From the NCBI GenBank assembly GCA_009784725.1, contig WQXS01000008.1:15186-79185 (forward strand): a stretch of DNA of 64,000 nt, written 5' to 3'. The number at the start of each line of letters is the position of its first letter. Positions within the stretch are counted from its first letter, which is position 1. Origin of the DNA: Oscillospiraceae bacterium (GTDB lineage: Bacteria > Bacillota > Clostridia > Oscillospirales > Oscillospiraceae). Of this stretch, positions 8,639 through 18,838 are shown in pieces. The notes beneath the pieces are model-generated. The model was not told the DNA's origin, did no database searches, and saw only the letters and a list, made by a program, of their open reading frames with translations. The position numbers and the translations under genes are program-made.

Positions 8639-9703
8639 CTAATATACTACAACGGTGGTACCGTCGGGGATGTTATCGTAGATGTAGCGTATGTCCTCGC
8701 AGTATAGTCTGACACAGCCTGCGCTTGCGGGGAAGCCGATGCGGTCGTCTATGACTTCACCGGTTCTCGGATGCAGAAGTCTTGAGTGAAATGCGTACGG
8801 AGAATTCGGGAAAAAACGGACGACGGGTTTTACTCTGTGTGTGCCGAAATTCCACCCCTCTTCGGTCCTGCTTGTTATATAAGTGACACCTCTTCTTGTG
8901 ACAGCACCCGGTGACCCGGTTGCAACAAGAAATGTTTCAAAAAGCTCCCAGCCGTCATCGGTTTTTATGAATATATTAAGCCTTTGATGTGACCGGCTTA
9001 CCCACAGCAGATAATCCGTTTCACTTTCATAACCCTTTGCGTGAACAAATACTTCCTTGTCAAAGTCGTCATAATCATTTTCAAGAGCCCACTCCTGTGT
9101 TCTGTCTCCCTGATACTGTGATGTGACCATTCCGAGTACACGGGGAGCTTCCAATTCCATCCAATGGAGCTTGCTCCGGTTTTCGATTTTTATTGTTCTC
9201 TCATCTGAAATTTCGTGTTTTTCGCCTTGGTTCGTAACATATTCGAGTACGACTTTAACAACAGCTGTTTCAGGCATATCTCTTGTATATTTGAAATCGT
9301 GATTAAACCCTGAAAGATATGTACCTGTTATGACAGGCTCCTCCAGAACTGCTTTGCCGTCGAGATACCATGAAAGCCTGCCGCTTAGTCCCGGATTTGC
9401 ATTTAAAAGTGTTGCTTCCCCGATAAGTGTTGTATCCACAGGCAGAAAATCGGGTAAATGCAATTCAATTGATGCATCCGCCAGGCCGTGATCAATTACA
9501 TTTGCCGCTTCTTCCATAGCTTTTTCTTCTGCAATGCGGTTGATTACAGTTTTTGAATAATCAGGTACGTAGGATGTTATATAACCGGTTACAGGTTCGG
9601 AAATTTCATAATAGTTATCGGGAAACATAGAAAAAGAAGATACTGCTAACAGAATGACAAATAATGCAAACGGTATTACTTTTTTTTGAATGGATCGTTG
9701 CAT
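8639..9703 (-). CDS. L,D-transpeptidase (YkuD) domain protein with N-terminal membrane anchor
   Basis: 354 aa. C-terminal catalytic motif HSRLLH...SAGCVRL. N-terminal hydrophobic segment. Confidence 0.85.
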   Translation of the reverse strand: MQRSIQKKVIPFALFVILLAVSSFSMFPDNYYEISEPVTGYITSYVPDYSKTVINRIAEEKAMEEAANVIDHGLADASIELHLPDFLPVDTTLIGEATLLNANPGLSGRLSWYLDGKAVLEEPVITGTYLSGFNHDFKYTRDMPETAVVKVVLEYVTNQGEKHEISDERTIKIENRSKLHWMELEAPRVLGMVTSQYQGDRTQEWALENDYDDFDKEVFVHAKGYESETDYLLWVSRSHQRLNIFIKTDDGWELFETFLVATGSPGAVTRRGVTYITSRTEEGWNFGTHRVKPVVRFFPNSPYAFHSRLLHPRTGEVIDDRIGFPASAGCVRLYCEDIRYIYDNIPDGTTVVVY

Positions 9704-9959
9704 TTATTGCCTCCGCAGCTCTTCTTAATTATTAATGTTTTGTGCTTTTTTGTATAACTTTGTAACTATTATTCATTAATCTAACAGAATTCTTTAAATT
9801 ATGCAACATATTTATGTAAACTAAATTAATTTTGTATCCCTTTGCGGAAAATATTCAAACTTTTCCGATAAAAATACTTAAGTATTCTATTGAAAATATC
9901 GATAATACGATAAAGGATTTAAATATGTCAAGGATGCAGAGAACGGAATTTTACTTTAT

Positions 9960-11216
9960 ATGTACATCGATAACATATACGTTAGCTATGTGACAGCAGA
10001 AAACAGTATTAATCCATCACAAAATCAACAAGTAAAGGGTACGGAAAACGAAAGCAGTCTCTTTAGCGAAATACTTACAGACTCGATAAATGAGTCAACC
10101 CCTCCCCATCCGGTTGTGACTGAATGTACGGTAAAAGGCGCGGATGATGTTGAAGGCACCAATGTTAATAATACCTACCCAATGGATTCGGTACCTCCTG
10201 TAATTAAAACGCAAGAGACAGCCGGCTCTTCTTATGTCAGCAAGTATTATCCGATTCCCGAGGATGAAGTAGTACAAGGTATCAGCAATGTCAGGCATAT
10301 TATTAATAATACGGATTTATCCGCTAAAACCGATGTCGAAAAGTATGATTTTATCGAAAGTAAGTTCATAGATAAGTTCGGCAGCGATTTTATGATGGCA
10401 CGTAATCTGAGCCTTCCGAGCACAATGTTCTATCTTATCGGTGTTGAGTTTACCGATACACTGAGTAAGCACATCGAAAATCCCGAGCAGGTCAACCGTG
10501 AACGTTTATACGGCGATAAAAGCTCAGATTCGATTCAAGATACAATAAGAGATAAATATCCGGCTGATTTGACCAACCGTGATTTGTTCCTGATGGTCAA
10601 TGAGATGCGTAACTCCGGTGTTCTTGACTCGGCGTCACTTCGTTCGGTTGGTGCTGAAAATGTCACGAGAGTAATTGATACCCTCGGTCTTATAAAAAAT
10701 TACACACGCTTTACAGAACGGGACAGCAATAATAACCTCACACCGCTGTCAATGGAAGAGCGTGATAAAAAGTGGCTCAGTATAATGAACAACCGGATAA
10801 ACATTAATGAGCTTTTATATCTCCATAATGTTCTCAAAAGCAGCGGAAGAGTCAACATCGGTACTGATACCGCACCGTTTTTTGTAAAACACATGGGCGG
10901 AGTTCTGGATAATAACGGATACTTTATTCTGCCGGGTTCGGGCGAAGCCGATTGGGACCAGCTTTTGGACCTGCTGATGTCGGAAATGAACGAATATGAT
11001 GACTTTATCTGTGACCGTATGAAGCTCATTGACGGTACACCACCGACAGTTGTTCTCGAAGCTCCCGGAGCAGAGGAAAACATAGTAACCGAGGATGACA
11101 CCGGAGTTGAAGAGATACCGGGAACCGATGAAACACCCGGAACAGAAGATTACACCGGCGAAGAAGGCAGCAACGGTGCCGAAGAGAACAATTCACAACA
11201 GGATGAAGCTGCATAA
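9960..11216 (+). CDS. Hypothetical protein with acidic Thr/Glu/Gly-rich C-terminal tail
   Basis: 418-aa ORF with no recognisable domain. No convincing RBS at the ATG, so the start is uncertain. Confidence 0.55.
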   Translation: MYIDNIYVSYVTAENSINPSQNQQVKGTENESSLFSEILTDSINESTPPHPVVTECTVKGADDVEGTNVNNTYPMDSVPPVIKTQETAGSSYVSKYYPIPEDEVVQGISNVRHIINNTDLSAKTDVEKYDFIESKFIDKFGSDFMMARNLSLPSTMFYLIGVEFTDTLSKHIENPEQVNRERLYGDKSSDSIQDTIRDKYPADLTNRDLFLMVNEMRNSGVLDSASLRSVGAENVTRVIDTLGLIKNYTRFTERDSNNNLTPLSMEERDKKWLSIMNNRININELLYLHNVLKSSGRVNIGTDTAPFFVKHMGGVLDNNGYFILPGSGEADWDQLLDLLMSEMNEYDDFICDRMKLIDGTPPTVVLEAPGAEENIVTEDDTGVEEIPGTDETPGTEDYTGEEGSNGAEENNSQQDEAA

Positions 11217-11245
11217 CCGGTAATGCTTCCGCATAATAGAATACT

Positions 11246-11285
11246 AAAAGAGGAATTTCCTCATTTTGGGGAAATTCCTCTTTTT
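11246..11285. terminator. Bidirectional intrinsic terminator between convergent genes
   Basis: AAAAGAGGAATTTCC-tcattttg-GGAAATTCCTCTTTT. Confidence 0.85.
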
Positions 11286-11301
11286 AAGACATTGAAAGAT
11301 T

Positions 11302-12414
11302 TTATTGATTATTGTTATCGGTTTCTTCGGGGATTACTGCTGCTTGTGCGGCATTTTTCTTTTTGTATGACCGGACTTTATATTTTACAAATAATACTGC
11401 GGCTAAGATTATTACGGCAATTACAAGCAGAACGGGAGCTGAAACGATAAACCATCTGAATAAATCCATAAAAAACTTGCCGATTGCTTTAATTGTTGCC
11501 ATAAATCCGTCGGAGATTTGCTGCCAATAAGATATATTTATTACCGGCTGCTCTGTAAATTCAATAACCTCTATGATACTGAGTGTTACAGTGCTGTAAT
11601 CAACCTGTCTTTGCCAGCCTGTAAGGGTTGTTGTCAGCATTTCGATTTGATAACGTACATCACTGAGTCTTTCTTCAATCATAATCAGGTCGGGTACATC
11701 CTCTGCTTTTGAAAGCATATCAAGCAGACGCTCTTCCTGGATATTAAGTGAATTAAGGCGGGACTGCGTATCAAAAAACTGAGTGGTAATATTTGTTGCG
11801 TCATTGCTTTGATGTGTGATATTTCCGAGCGAATCAAGATTTTCAACCATTGCGTTTAGTTGCCCGACGGGAACACGCAGGTTAAAATATGCATAACGGT
11901 ACTCGTTCCAGCCGTAGAATCTTGATTCGTAGTTAATACCGCTTACACTGGAGCTTTCTATAAATGCGTTATATACTCCCAGCAGCTGATGAATTTTTGC
12001 AACTGTTTCGTCAAATTCCATGGTTTCAATGTTTGCATGTACCGAATAGATGATTTTCTCTGCAAGCCCTTCATTTATCGGTGCTGTAATAGGAACTATG
12101 CTGCTGCCTCCACCGATGGTTGAAGATATGCCACCGTGGTCACCTCCCGAGGAGTAACTAATAGAATCGTCCACATACGAGTAGTCGGCATCATATAGTG
12201 CTTCTTCTGCATAATCTCCGCCTCCGGCAGTACGGCGTTGTACCGCCGCCGGAGCTTCAGCTTCGGGTAATGCATACATTGCAGAGCCGGCAGTTTCGTT
12301 GAGCGTACCACCATAATAATAATCTACACTGCTTTGCCCGCCTGCACTTGCACAGGCTGTCAGCAGTGTTGCTGCAAGGATAACGAGGAGCAGGATTGAT
12401 ATTTTCTTTTTCAT
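11302..12414 (-). CDS. DUF4349-like lipoprotein with C-terminal TM segment
   Basis: Start re-placed at ATG 12414 (MKKKISILLLVILAATLLTAC, lipobox) with RBS GGAGGAAT upstream. The ORF-track extension to 12534 lacks support. Confidence 0.75.
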   Translation of the reverse strand: MKKKISILLLVILAATLLTACASAGGQSSVDYYYGGTLNETAGSAMYALPEAEAPAAVQRRTAGGGDYAEEALYDADYSYVDDSISYSSGGDHGGISSTIGGGSSIVPITAPINEGLAEKIIYSVHANIETMEFDETVAKIHQLLGVYNAFIESSSVSGINYESRFYGWNEYRYAYFNLRVPVGQLNAMVENLDSLGNITHQSNDATNITTQFFDTQSRLNSLNIQEERLLDMLSKAEDVPDLIMIEERLSDVRYQIEMLTTTLTGWQRQVDYSTVTLSIIEVIEFTEQPVINISYWQQISDGFMATIKAIGKFFMDLFRWFIVSAPVLLVIAVIILAAVLFVKYKVRSYKKKNAAQAAVIPEETDNNNQ

Positions 12415-12533
12415 TTTCTTATTCCTCCGTTTAAGAGTTTTTCCGATGTATAGACAGTTAGACGATGGATTTCTGTATTTGTTCCATTTTATAGAAAAAT
12501 ATAACGAAACAATGCATCTGTCCCCCTGCTTCA

Positions 12534-13217
12534 TTACTTTTCAAGCATGTCGGGGCGGCGGGTTTTTGTTCGATCTAGTGATTGCTTCATGCGCCATTTT
12601 GAGATGTTTTCGTGGTGACCCGATAATAGTACCTCGGGTACTTTTTTGTTTTGCCAGGTTTCAGGTCGTGTGTATTGCGGATATTCGAGCAGACCGTTCC
12701 AATGGCTTTCATCGGTGAAGCATTCCTCGTCCGGCAGAACGCCGGGTACAAGTCTGCATATTGCATCCGCAACCGCCATTGCCGGTATTTCTCCGCCTGT
12801 CAGTACAAAATCCCCGATTGAAAGCTCCTCGTCGACACATTCCTCTATAAAACGTTCATCAACGCCTTCATATCTGCCGCAGACAATAATAAGCCTGTCA
12901 TGTTCTTTTTGCAGGCGGCGTGCATCAGACTGCTTAAATACCGAACCGCAGGGCGACATATATATTGTATAAATATCACGGCCTGCTTCATCACAGATAG
13001 ATTTTTTACAGTCGTACAATGGCTGGGCAAGCATTACGCAGCCTCTTCCCCCGCCGTACGGGTAATCATCAACCTGCCGTTGTTTATTAGCTGTAAAATC
13101 ACGAATCTGATGGCACTCAATGCGGATAAAACCCCGCTCCTGCCCTCTGCCGAGAATGCTTTCGCTGAGCATATCCCCGACAACATCGGGAAATAATGTC
13201 ATAATATCAATTCTCAT
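12534..13217 (-). CDS. trmD: tRNA (guanine37-N1)-methyltransferase
   Basis: 227 aa, MRIDIMTLFPD... Conserved position after rimM. Confidence 0.95.
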   Translation of the reverse strand: MRIDIMTLFPDVVGDMLSESILGRGQERGFIRIECHQIRDFTANKQRQVDDYPYGGGRGCVMLAQPLYDCKKSICDEAGRDIYTIYMSPCGSVFKQSDARRLQKEHDRLIIVCGRYEGVDERFIEECVDEELSIGDFVLTGGEIPAMAVADAICRLVPGVLPDEECFTDESHWNGLLEYPQYTRPETWQNKKVPEVLLSGHHENISKWRMKQSLDRTKTRRPDMLEK

Positions 13218-13269
13218 GTCTTATTTGAACTCATTTCTGCATTCTGCATTTTTTATTCTCATTTCTTCA

Positions 13270-13776
13270 TTAAAGTCCTTCGATTAAATGCACCCTTACA
13301 AATCCTTTACTTAAATCCGTTTCAATTATAAACTCGGGTACGGCAGGCACAAGAATTTCTCGCTCCCCTTTTAATACATACACATTATTTGACGGTAGCG
13401 TAAGAATATCCGCAACATGTCCAAGGCTTTCACTTGTATCTGCATCAATTGCCTGAAGACCTATAAGGTCGGCGATAAAGAATTTACCCTCTTCAAGGAT
13501 AGCGTCACTTTTGTTTATGCAAAATACTTTGCCTTTCAGTTTAATTGCCGAATCAATATCGTTAACGCCTTCGAGGGTTGCTGTTACGCAACCCTTATGT
13601 ACATTTGCCGCTAAAACCTTTACAGGTTTTCCGTCTATGTAAATATTTTCGAAACCTGTTAAAAAACCCGGAGAATCAGCCCATGGCTGCAGTCTTACTT
13701 CACCTTTGATGCCATGGGTGTTTACAATTTTTCCGGATTCAATAAGACCGGATTTATCCTTCATCCGCTCAGTCAA
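13270..13776 (-). CDS. rimM: 16S rRNA processing protein RimM
   Basis: 168 aa, GKIVNTHGIKGEVRL motif, conserved synteny. Confidence 0.9.
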   Translation of the reverse strand: MTERMKDKSGLIESGKIVNTHGIKGEVRLQPWADSPGFLTGFENIYIDGKPVKVLAANVHKGCVTATLEGVNDIDSAIKLKGKVFCINKSDAILEEGKFFIADLIGLQAIDADTSESLGHVADILTLPSNNVYVLKGEREILVPAVPEFIIETDLSKGFVRVHLIEGL

Positions 13777-14008
13777 CTATATCAACACTGATACGTTTTC
13801 CCTGCCTGATTGCGACGCTGCGCATCAATGCACGGATTTCTTTTGCGATACGTCCCTGACGGCCTATCACCTTACCCATGTCTGAAGCGTTAACACGCAG
13901 TTCAAAAACCGTTTCGGAATCCGTTTCCCGCTCGGTGACATTTACTTCATCAGGATTATCCACCAGATTTTGAGCTATGTACGTCAATAATTCCTTTAAG
14001 TTACTCAT
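13769..14008 (-). CDS. khpA: KH-domain RNA-binding protein (YlqC/KhpA)
   Basis: 79 aa, GKVIGRQGRIAKEIR (GxxG KH motif), located between rpsP and rimM. Confidence 0.9.
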   Translation of the reverse strand: MSNLKELLTYIAQNLVDNPDEVNVTERETDSETVFELRVNASDMGKVIGRQGRIAKEIRALMRSVAIRQGKRISVDIVD

Positions 14009-14017
14009 GTGCTAAAC

Positions 14018-14275
14018 CTATTCCTTTGCCTTATCTTGTTTAGTTCCTGCTTTTTTGAGTAATGCTCTTACTGTGTCGGTCGGTTGCGCACCGTTTTTAA
14101 TCCAGTATTCTGCACGTTCTGTATCGATTTTGATTTCCGACGGTTTTGTCAGCGGATTGTATGTACCGATTTCCTCAATACATCTGCCGTCACGCGGTGA
14201 TTTTGAATCAGCGACAATTATCCTGTAAAAGGGATTCTTTTTTGCGCCCATTCTGCGAAGTCTGATTTTTACCAT
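14018..14275 (-). CDS. rpsP: 30S ribosomal protein S16
   Basis: 85 aa, [24 protein letters not shown]-type N-terminus. Confidence 0.95.
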   Translation of the reverse strand: MVKIRLRRMGAKKNPFYRIIVADSKSPRDGRCIEEIGTYNPLTKPSEIKIDTERAEYWIKNGAQPTDTVRALLKKAGTKQDKAKE

Positions 14276-14355
14276 TTTTTATTCCTCCATTTATTGTTGT
14301 TAAGGGGATACATTTTTATTTATTAAATGAATATCCCCGTTCACACACCATTGAT

Positions 14356-15708
14356 TTACATGCCGAACATGCCGGCTCCTTTTTTACCTTTTCCCCCGAA
14401 CATTGCAGGAAGCTTGCCTTTTGAAATTTGTTTTGTCATCATTTGCATTGCTTCAAATTGTTTTAATAACCTGTTTATGTCAACAACTGCTGTTCCGCTG
14501 CCTGCCGCAATGCGTTTTTTCCTGCTGCTGTTAAGGATTGACGGATTATCCCGCTCCTGTTTTGTCATTGAGAGAATAATTGCCTCTGTCTTTGATATAA
14601 CGGATTCATCAATCGAAGCGCCTGCAAGTGCTTTTGCATCCATGCCCGGCAGCATTCCCGCTATATCGGATAGTCCGCCCATTGACCTCACCTGTGTGAG
14701 CTGGTCATAATAATCTGTAAGAGTCAGCTTATTTTTCATAAGCTTCTCGGTCATTTCCTGTGCTTTTTTCTCGTCAAATGCCTGCTCTGCTTTTTCAATA
14801 AGTGTAAGCACATCACCCATTCCGAGTATCCGTGATGCCATACGGTCGGGATGGAAGGGTTCGATTTGATCAAGCTTTTCGCCTGTTCCCGAAAACTTTA
14901 TAGGTTTCCCCGTAACGGCTTTGACCGAAAGTGCCGCTCCGCCCCGTGCATCACCGTCAAGTTTTGTCAGTATTACACCGTCGATTCCGAGAGCGTCATT
15001 AAAAGCAGCTGCAGCGTTTACGGCATCCTGACCTGTCATTGCATCCACGACAAGTAAAATCTCCGTCGGGTTGACCGCTGTTTTTATTTGCTTAAGCTCA
15101 TCAACAAGTGCATCATCAATATGAAGCCTTCCCGCCGTATCAAGTATAACAAGGTCGTTGCCGTTTTTGGTTGCATGTGCAACTGCTTCTTTTGCAATTG
15201 TCACCGGGTTTGCCGTACCCATTTCAAATACGGGTATGTCCAGCTGCTTCCCTACTGTTTTAAGCTGCTCGATTGCTGCAGGCCTGTATATATCGCATGC
15301 GGCAAGTAGAGGGGTTTTATTGCTATTTTTTCGCATATATCCTGCGAGCTTTGCTCCGTTTGTGGTTTTACCTGCTCCCTGCAGGCCGATGAGCATTATT
15401 ATTGTCGGCGGCTTTGATGATATCTCAATTTTCGACATCGATGAACCCATCAGGTTACAGAGCTCTTCGTTTACGATTTTTATAACCATTTGCGCCGGTG
15501 TCAGGCTTTCAAGCACATCCTTGCCTATTGCACGTTCACTTACGGTATTGATAAAATCGCGCACAACCTTAAATCCGACATCTGCCTCTAATAGTGCAAG
15601 GCGTACCTCGCGCATAGCTTCTTTAATATCGGACTCTTTTAATCTGCCTTTTCCGCGCAGTTTTTTAAATGCGGCATTTAATTTTTCGGATAAACTTTCA
15701 AAAGCCAT
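14356..15708 (-). CDS. ffh: Signal recognition particle protein Ffh
   Basis: 450 aa. GLQGAGKTT and DTAGR G-domain motifs, Met-rich M domain. Confidence 0.97.
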   Translation of the reverse strand: MAFESLSEKLNAAFKKLRGKGRLKESDIKEAMREVRLALLEADVGFKVVRDFINTVSERAIGKDVLESLTPAQMVIKIVNEELCNLMGSSMSKIEISSKPPTIIMLIGLQGAGKTTNGAKLAGYMRKNSNKTPLLAACDIYRPAAIEQLKTVGKQLDIPVFEMGTANPVTIAKEAVAHATKNGNDLVILDTAGRLHIDDALVDELKQIKTAVNPTEILLVVDAMTGQDAVNAAAAFNDALGIDGVILTKLDGDARGGAALSVKAVTGKPIKFSGTGEKLDQIEPFHPDRMASRILGMGDVLTLIEKAEQAFDEKKAQEMTEKLMKNKLTLTDYYDQLTQVRSMGGLSDIAGMLPGMDAKALAGASIDESVISKTEAIILSMTKQERDNPSILNSSRKKRIAAGSGTAVVDINRLLKQFEAMQMMTKQISKGKLPAMFGGKGKKGAGMFGM

Positions 15709-15776
15709 TTTTGTCCCTTAGTTTTAATGTTGCTCTTTAATTTTTAATATTGTCTCTTAGGTTTTAATGTTGTCCC

Positions 15777-16094
15777 TTATTTCATATCAAGTTGAAAATA
15801 TCGCAGTGCGGCCGGGTGGATTTTTTCACCTTTGGAGATTTCCGTTTCAAGCTCTCTGCGTGTTTCGCACCATTTCCTGATCAGCTCTGTTTTCTTTTCG
15901 TAATTATTAAGCGATTTTTCAGCCCGTGTAATTATATCGTAAACTCCCTGCTTCGAAATACCCGCACCTTCGGCAATTTCCGATAAGGACAGGTCTTCAT
16001 TGTGATAAAGGTCGAAATATTCTTTTTGTTTTTCTGTGAGCAAATCACCGAAAAAATCGAATTTCATTGTATTTTGCAGAGTTTCTTCGCTCAT
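15777..16094 (-). CDS. ylxM: YlxM (UPF0122) putative HTH protein
   Basis: 105 aa, LSLSEIAEGAGISKQGVYD HTH, immediately upstream of ffh. Confidence 0.9.
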   Translation of the reverse strand: MSEETLQNTMKFDFFGDLLTEKQKEYFDLYHNEDLSLSEIAEGAGISKQGVYDIITRAEKSLNNYEKKTELIRKWCETRRELETEISKGEKIHPAALRYFQLDMK

Positions 16095-16205
16095 TATAAA
16101 CCGCCGTTGTTTAATATTTATGTGATATTTGTTTCGCTTTTGTATTGTATTGCAGGCGCTTTGCTTTCATGCTGCCGTAAAGTAGTAATACTTAACAGCT
16201 TGCAT

Positions 16206-16234
16206 ATAATAAACCATATATAAAGCATTGTCAA
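16206..16234 (-). promoter_or_regulatory. Sigma-70 promoter for ylxM-ffh operon
   Basis: On the minus strand: TTGACA, 17 nt spacer, TATTAT. Confidence 0.7.
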
Positions 16235-16352
16235 GCATTAACCTTATACAAATTAACCTTTTACAGATTATTATGACAGCAGCATTTTTTATTGCCTTTC
16301 ATTATCTGTTTAAAAAATCTGTGTAATAAATAAATTATTTTTAACTTAATGC

Positions 16353-16381
16353 TTGACAAGCTGTAAATATCGTTGTAATAT
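16353..16381 (+). promoter_or_regulatory. Sigma-70 promoter for SPFH gene cluster
   Basis: TTGACA (16353-16358), 17 nt spacer, TAATAT (16376-16381). Confidence 0.7.
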
Positions 16382-16426
16382 GTATATGATATCATTTTGA
16401 TATACATTATTTAGGAGGTTTGTGAT

Positions 16427-17470
16427 ATGACTACTGCTACCGAAAACAAAAAAATCCAACATGAGGAGATAGAGCTTCGAGCCATGAACGGTATGGCATG
16501 CCTTGTGATGAACATTCTTGCGATTCTTGCGTGTACAGCAGCATTTGTATATGGCATTATCATGGTCGTTGACGGCATCGGAAATCAACTGCTTATGATA
16601 ATAATTATCACGGTCAGCGGCCTTTACGGTTTTGTTGCCGGACCGATTATTTTCGTCGGGCTTAAGGTTCTAAAGCCGAATGAGGCATATGTAATGACAC
16701 TATTCGGCAAATACATCGGTACATTAAAGGGTGCAGGTTTCTATTGGGTCAACCCGTTTTGCGTAGCTGTCAACCCTGCTGCGGGAGTTACATCAACAAC
16801 AAGCGCAGCAGTAAAAGCTCCTGCCGAGTCGATTGTATCCTCCCTGTCCTCGCTTGATTCTGTTTCAATCGGACTTGTTAATAAAAGAATTTCACTCAAA
16901 GACATGACCCTTAATAATGATAAGCAAAAAATCAACGACCAGCTCGGGAACCCGATTATAATCGGCATCGTGGTTATTTGGAGAGTCATCAACACTGCAA
17001 AGGCAGTATTTAATGTAGATAACTACAAAGAGTATCTTTCCATCCAGTGTGACTCCGCACTTCGTAACATTGTCAGATTATACCCCTATGATAACCCCGG
17101 TAATAATAACGAAGAATCACTTCGCGGCAGCAGCCAGGAGGTTGCAGAAAAACTCCGTGATGAAATTCAAAGCAAGGTCGAGGTTGCAGGTCTGGAAATA
17201 GTCGAAGCGAGAATTACACACCTTTCCTACTCGGAAGAAATCGCTGCAGTCATGCTTCAAAGACAACAGGCATCGGCAATTATTGACGCACGAAACATGA
17301 TAGTTGAGGGCGCAGTCGGCATGGTCGAAATGGCACTTGCAAAACTCAGCGAAAACGACATCGTCCACCTCGATGAAGAGCGCAAGGCAGCAATGGTCAG
17401 CAACCTTCTCGTTGTACTTTGCGGAAACAGAGACGCTCAGCCGATAGTTAACAGCGGTTCTATTTATTGA
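16427..17470 (+). CDS. SPFH/Band 7 domain membrane protein
   Basis: 347 aa. Two N-terminal TM segments and a prohibitin-like core with an Ala/Gln-rich helix ([12 protein letters not shown]). Confidence 0.85.
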   Translation: MTTATENKKIQHEEIELRAMNGMACLVMNILAILACTAAFVYGIIMVVDGIGNQLLMIIIITVSGLYGFVAGPIIFVGLKVLKPNEAYVMTLFGKYIGTLKGAGFYWVNPFCVAVNPAAGVTSTTSAAVKAPAESIVSSLSSLDSVSIGLVNKRISLKDMTLNNDKQKINDQLGNPIIIGIVVIWRVINTAKAVFNVDNYKEYLSIQCDSALRNIVRLYPYDNPGNNNEESLRGSSQEVAEKLRDEIQSKVEVAGLEIVEARITHLSYSEEIAAVMLQRQQASAIIDARNMIVEGAVGMVEMALAKLSENDIVHLDEERKAAMVSNLLVVLCGNRDAQPIVNSGSIY

Positions 17471-17480
17471 TAGTCTTAAA

Positions 17481-17511
17481 TTTGCTTTCCATCACTTTGA
17501 TGGAAAGCAAA
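17481..17511 (+). terminator. Hairpin downstream of SPFH gene (no clear T tract)
   Basis: TTTGCTTTCCATCA-CTT-TGATGGAAAGCAAA, a perfect 14-bp stem. Confidence 0.4.
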
Positions 17512-17558
17512 CCCGTTGCAATTACTGACTATATTTTTGAAACTATTGAAAGGAGCGA

Positions 17559-17747
17559 TTGGATTTGGATGAAAAAGAAAAGAAACAGGTTCCTTTAAGG
17601 CTTTCGGCATCGCTCTGGAAAGAGCTTGTTATCTGGGCCGATGATGATTTCCGCTCACTTAACGGGCAGATAGAGTATTTATTAAATGAAGCAGTTAAGA
17701 AAAGGAAGAAATCAACTTCTAAAGAGGATAATAGCAATAATAAATAA
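17559..17747 (+). CDS. Small Arc/ribbon-helix-helix-like DNA-binding protein
   Basis: 62 aa. QVPLRLSASLWKELVIWADDDFRSLNGQIEYLL fits a beta-alpha-alpha RHH pattern. TTG start with AGGAG upstream. Confidence 0.6.
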   Translation: MDLDEKEKKQVPLRLSASLWKELVIWADDDFRSLNGQIEYLLNEAVKKRKKSTSKEDNSNNK

Positions 17748-17803
17748 CGATTTCAGAAACAGTACTGACTTTATCAATATAAATAACAAGGAGGCATACT
17801 ATA

Positions 17804-18016
17804 ATGGCTAATTCTCTTAATACCCTTGTCAGCTTTCTACCTCTGATTATTCCGCTTGCGATAATTCAATTTGGGCTTATGATCGCTGCTTTGGTTCATA
17901 TACTGAAGCACGATACATACAAAACAGGCAATAGGTTACTTTGGATTATTATTTGCATCTGTGTAAATACAATCGGTCCGATTCTTTATTTCGTTATAGG
18001 CAGAGGTGATGAATAA
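17804..18016 (+). CDS. PLD nuclease N-terminal (PLDc_N) small membrane protein
   Basis: 70 aa, two TM segments, LLWIIICICVNTIGPILYFVIGR signature. This is the common position upstream of an ABC ATPase. Confidence 0.75.
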   Translation: MANSLNTLVSFLPLIIPLAIIQFGLMIAALVHILKHDTYKTGNRLLWIIICICVNTIGPILYFVIGRGDE

Positions 18017-18838
18017 GTGTCGGTGCTTTCAATCAAAGGCTTGTCAAAAAGCTTTGGGAAAAACAAAGTAATTAATAACATTTCCTTTGATGTTCCCGAG
18101 GGTAGTGTTTTCGGTTTTATCGGAGCTAACGGAGCCGGAAAAACCACTACCATGAAAATGATACTAGGGTTGCTGCCTGCAGACAGCGGAGAGATTTTTG
18201 TATGCGGTGAAAAGGTTTCGTTCGGGGCAACAAAAACAAATCGTTATATCGGTTATCTTCCCGATGTTCCGGAATTTTACGGCTACATGCGCCCTATGGA
18301 ATATTTGCGTCTGTGCGGTGAGCTTATCGGCTTAAAATCCGATGAAATAAATGACCGTTCTGCGGAGCTTCTCAAAATGGTCGGACTTGCCGATGTAAAC
18401 AAGAAAATAAAGGGCTTTTCACGAGGCATGAAGCAACGGCTCGGAGTTGCACAGGCTTTAATCAACAAACCCAAGCTCCTAATCTGCGATGAACCTACCT
18501 CGGCTCTTGACCCTATGGGACGCAAGGATATACTGGATATCCTCCATGAAATAAAGGGGAAAACCACTGTTATTTTTTCAACACATATTTTATCGGATGT
18601 TGAACGGATTTGCGACAGGCTTGCTGTTCTTCACAAAAGTGAAATCGTTCTTGAAAGCACACTTTCCGACTTAAAGCTCGAAAGAAAATCAAGAGCAATT
18701 GAGCTTGAGTTCGAAGATGAAATTGATTCGGAGGAAGTGCTGCGTGTTTTGAAGGACGGAAATCTTTTCCCGAAAAAGTGCGAAGCGGCGAATGTTGAAA
18801 TGTCCCTTGAATCATTATACCTGGAGGTGGCAAAATGA
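18017..18838 (+). CDS. ABC transporter ATP-binding protein
   Basis: 273 aa. Walker A GANGAGKTT, signature FSRGMKQRL, Walker B LLICDEP. Confidence 0.93.
   Translation: MSVLSIKGLSKSFGKNKVINNISFDVPEGSVFGFIGANGAGKTTTMKMILGLLPADSGEIFVCGEKVSFGATKTNRYIGYLPDVPEFYGYMRPMEYLRLCGELIGLKSDEINDRSAELLKMVGLADVNKKIKGFSRGMKQRLGVAQALINKPKLLICDEPTSALDPMGRKDILDILHEIKGKTTVIFSTHILSDVERICDRLAVLHKSEIVLESTLSDLKLERKSRAIELEFEDEIDSEEVLRVLKDGNLFPKKCEAANVEMSLESLYLEVAK

Noticed and set aside
9865-9871. CCGATAA resembling a SigD/FliA -10 box upstream of the 418-aa hypothetical gene
   Set aside because: There is no TAAA -35 element at the required ~15-nt spacing. The match is too short in AT-rich DNA to support a flagellar-sigma promoter call.
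12415-12534. 40-codon N-terminal extension of the DUF4349 ORF
   Set aside because: The internal ATG at 12414 has a GGAGGAAT RBS and starts a canonical lipoprotein signal peptide. The extension has neither.
14304-14338. Hairpin GGGGATA...TATCCCC between ffh and rpsP as a possible attenuator or ribosomal leader
   Set aside because: It has only a 7-bp stem with a 21-nt AT-rich loop and no U tract on the coding strand. That is insufficient to call a regulatory element.
15158-15721. 187-aa plus-strand ORF
   Set aside because: It is antisense to ffh. Open antisense frames are expected in GC-balanced conserved genes.
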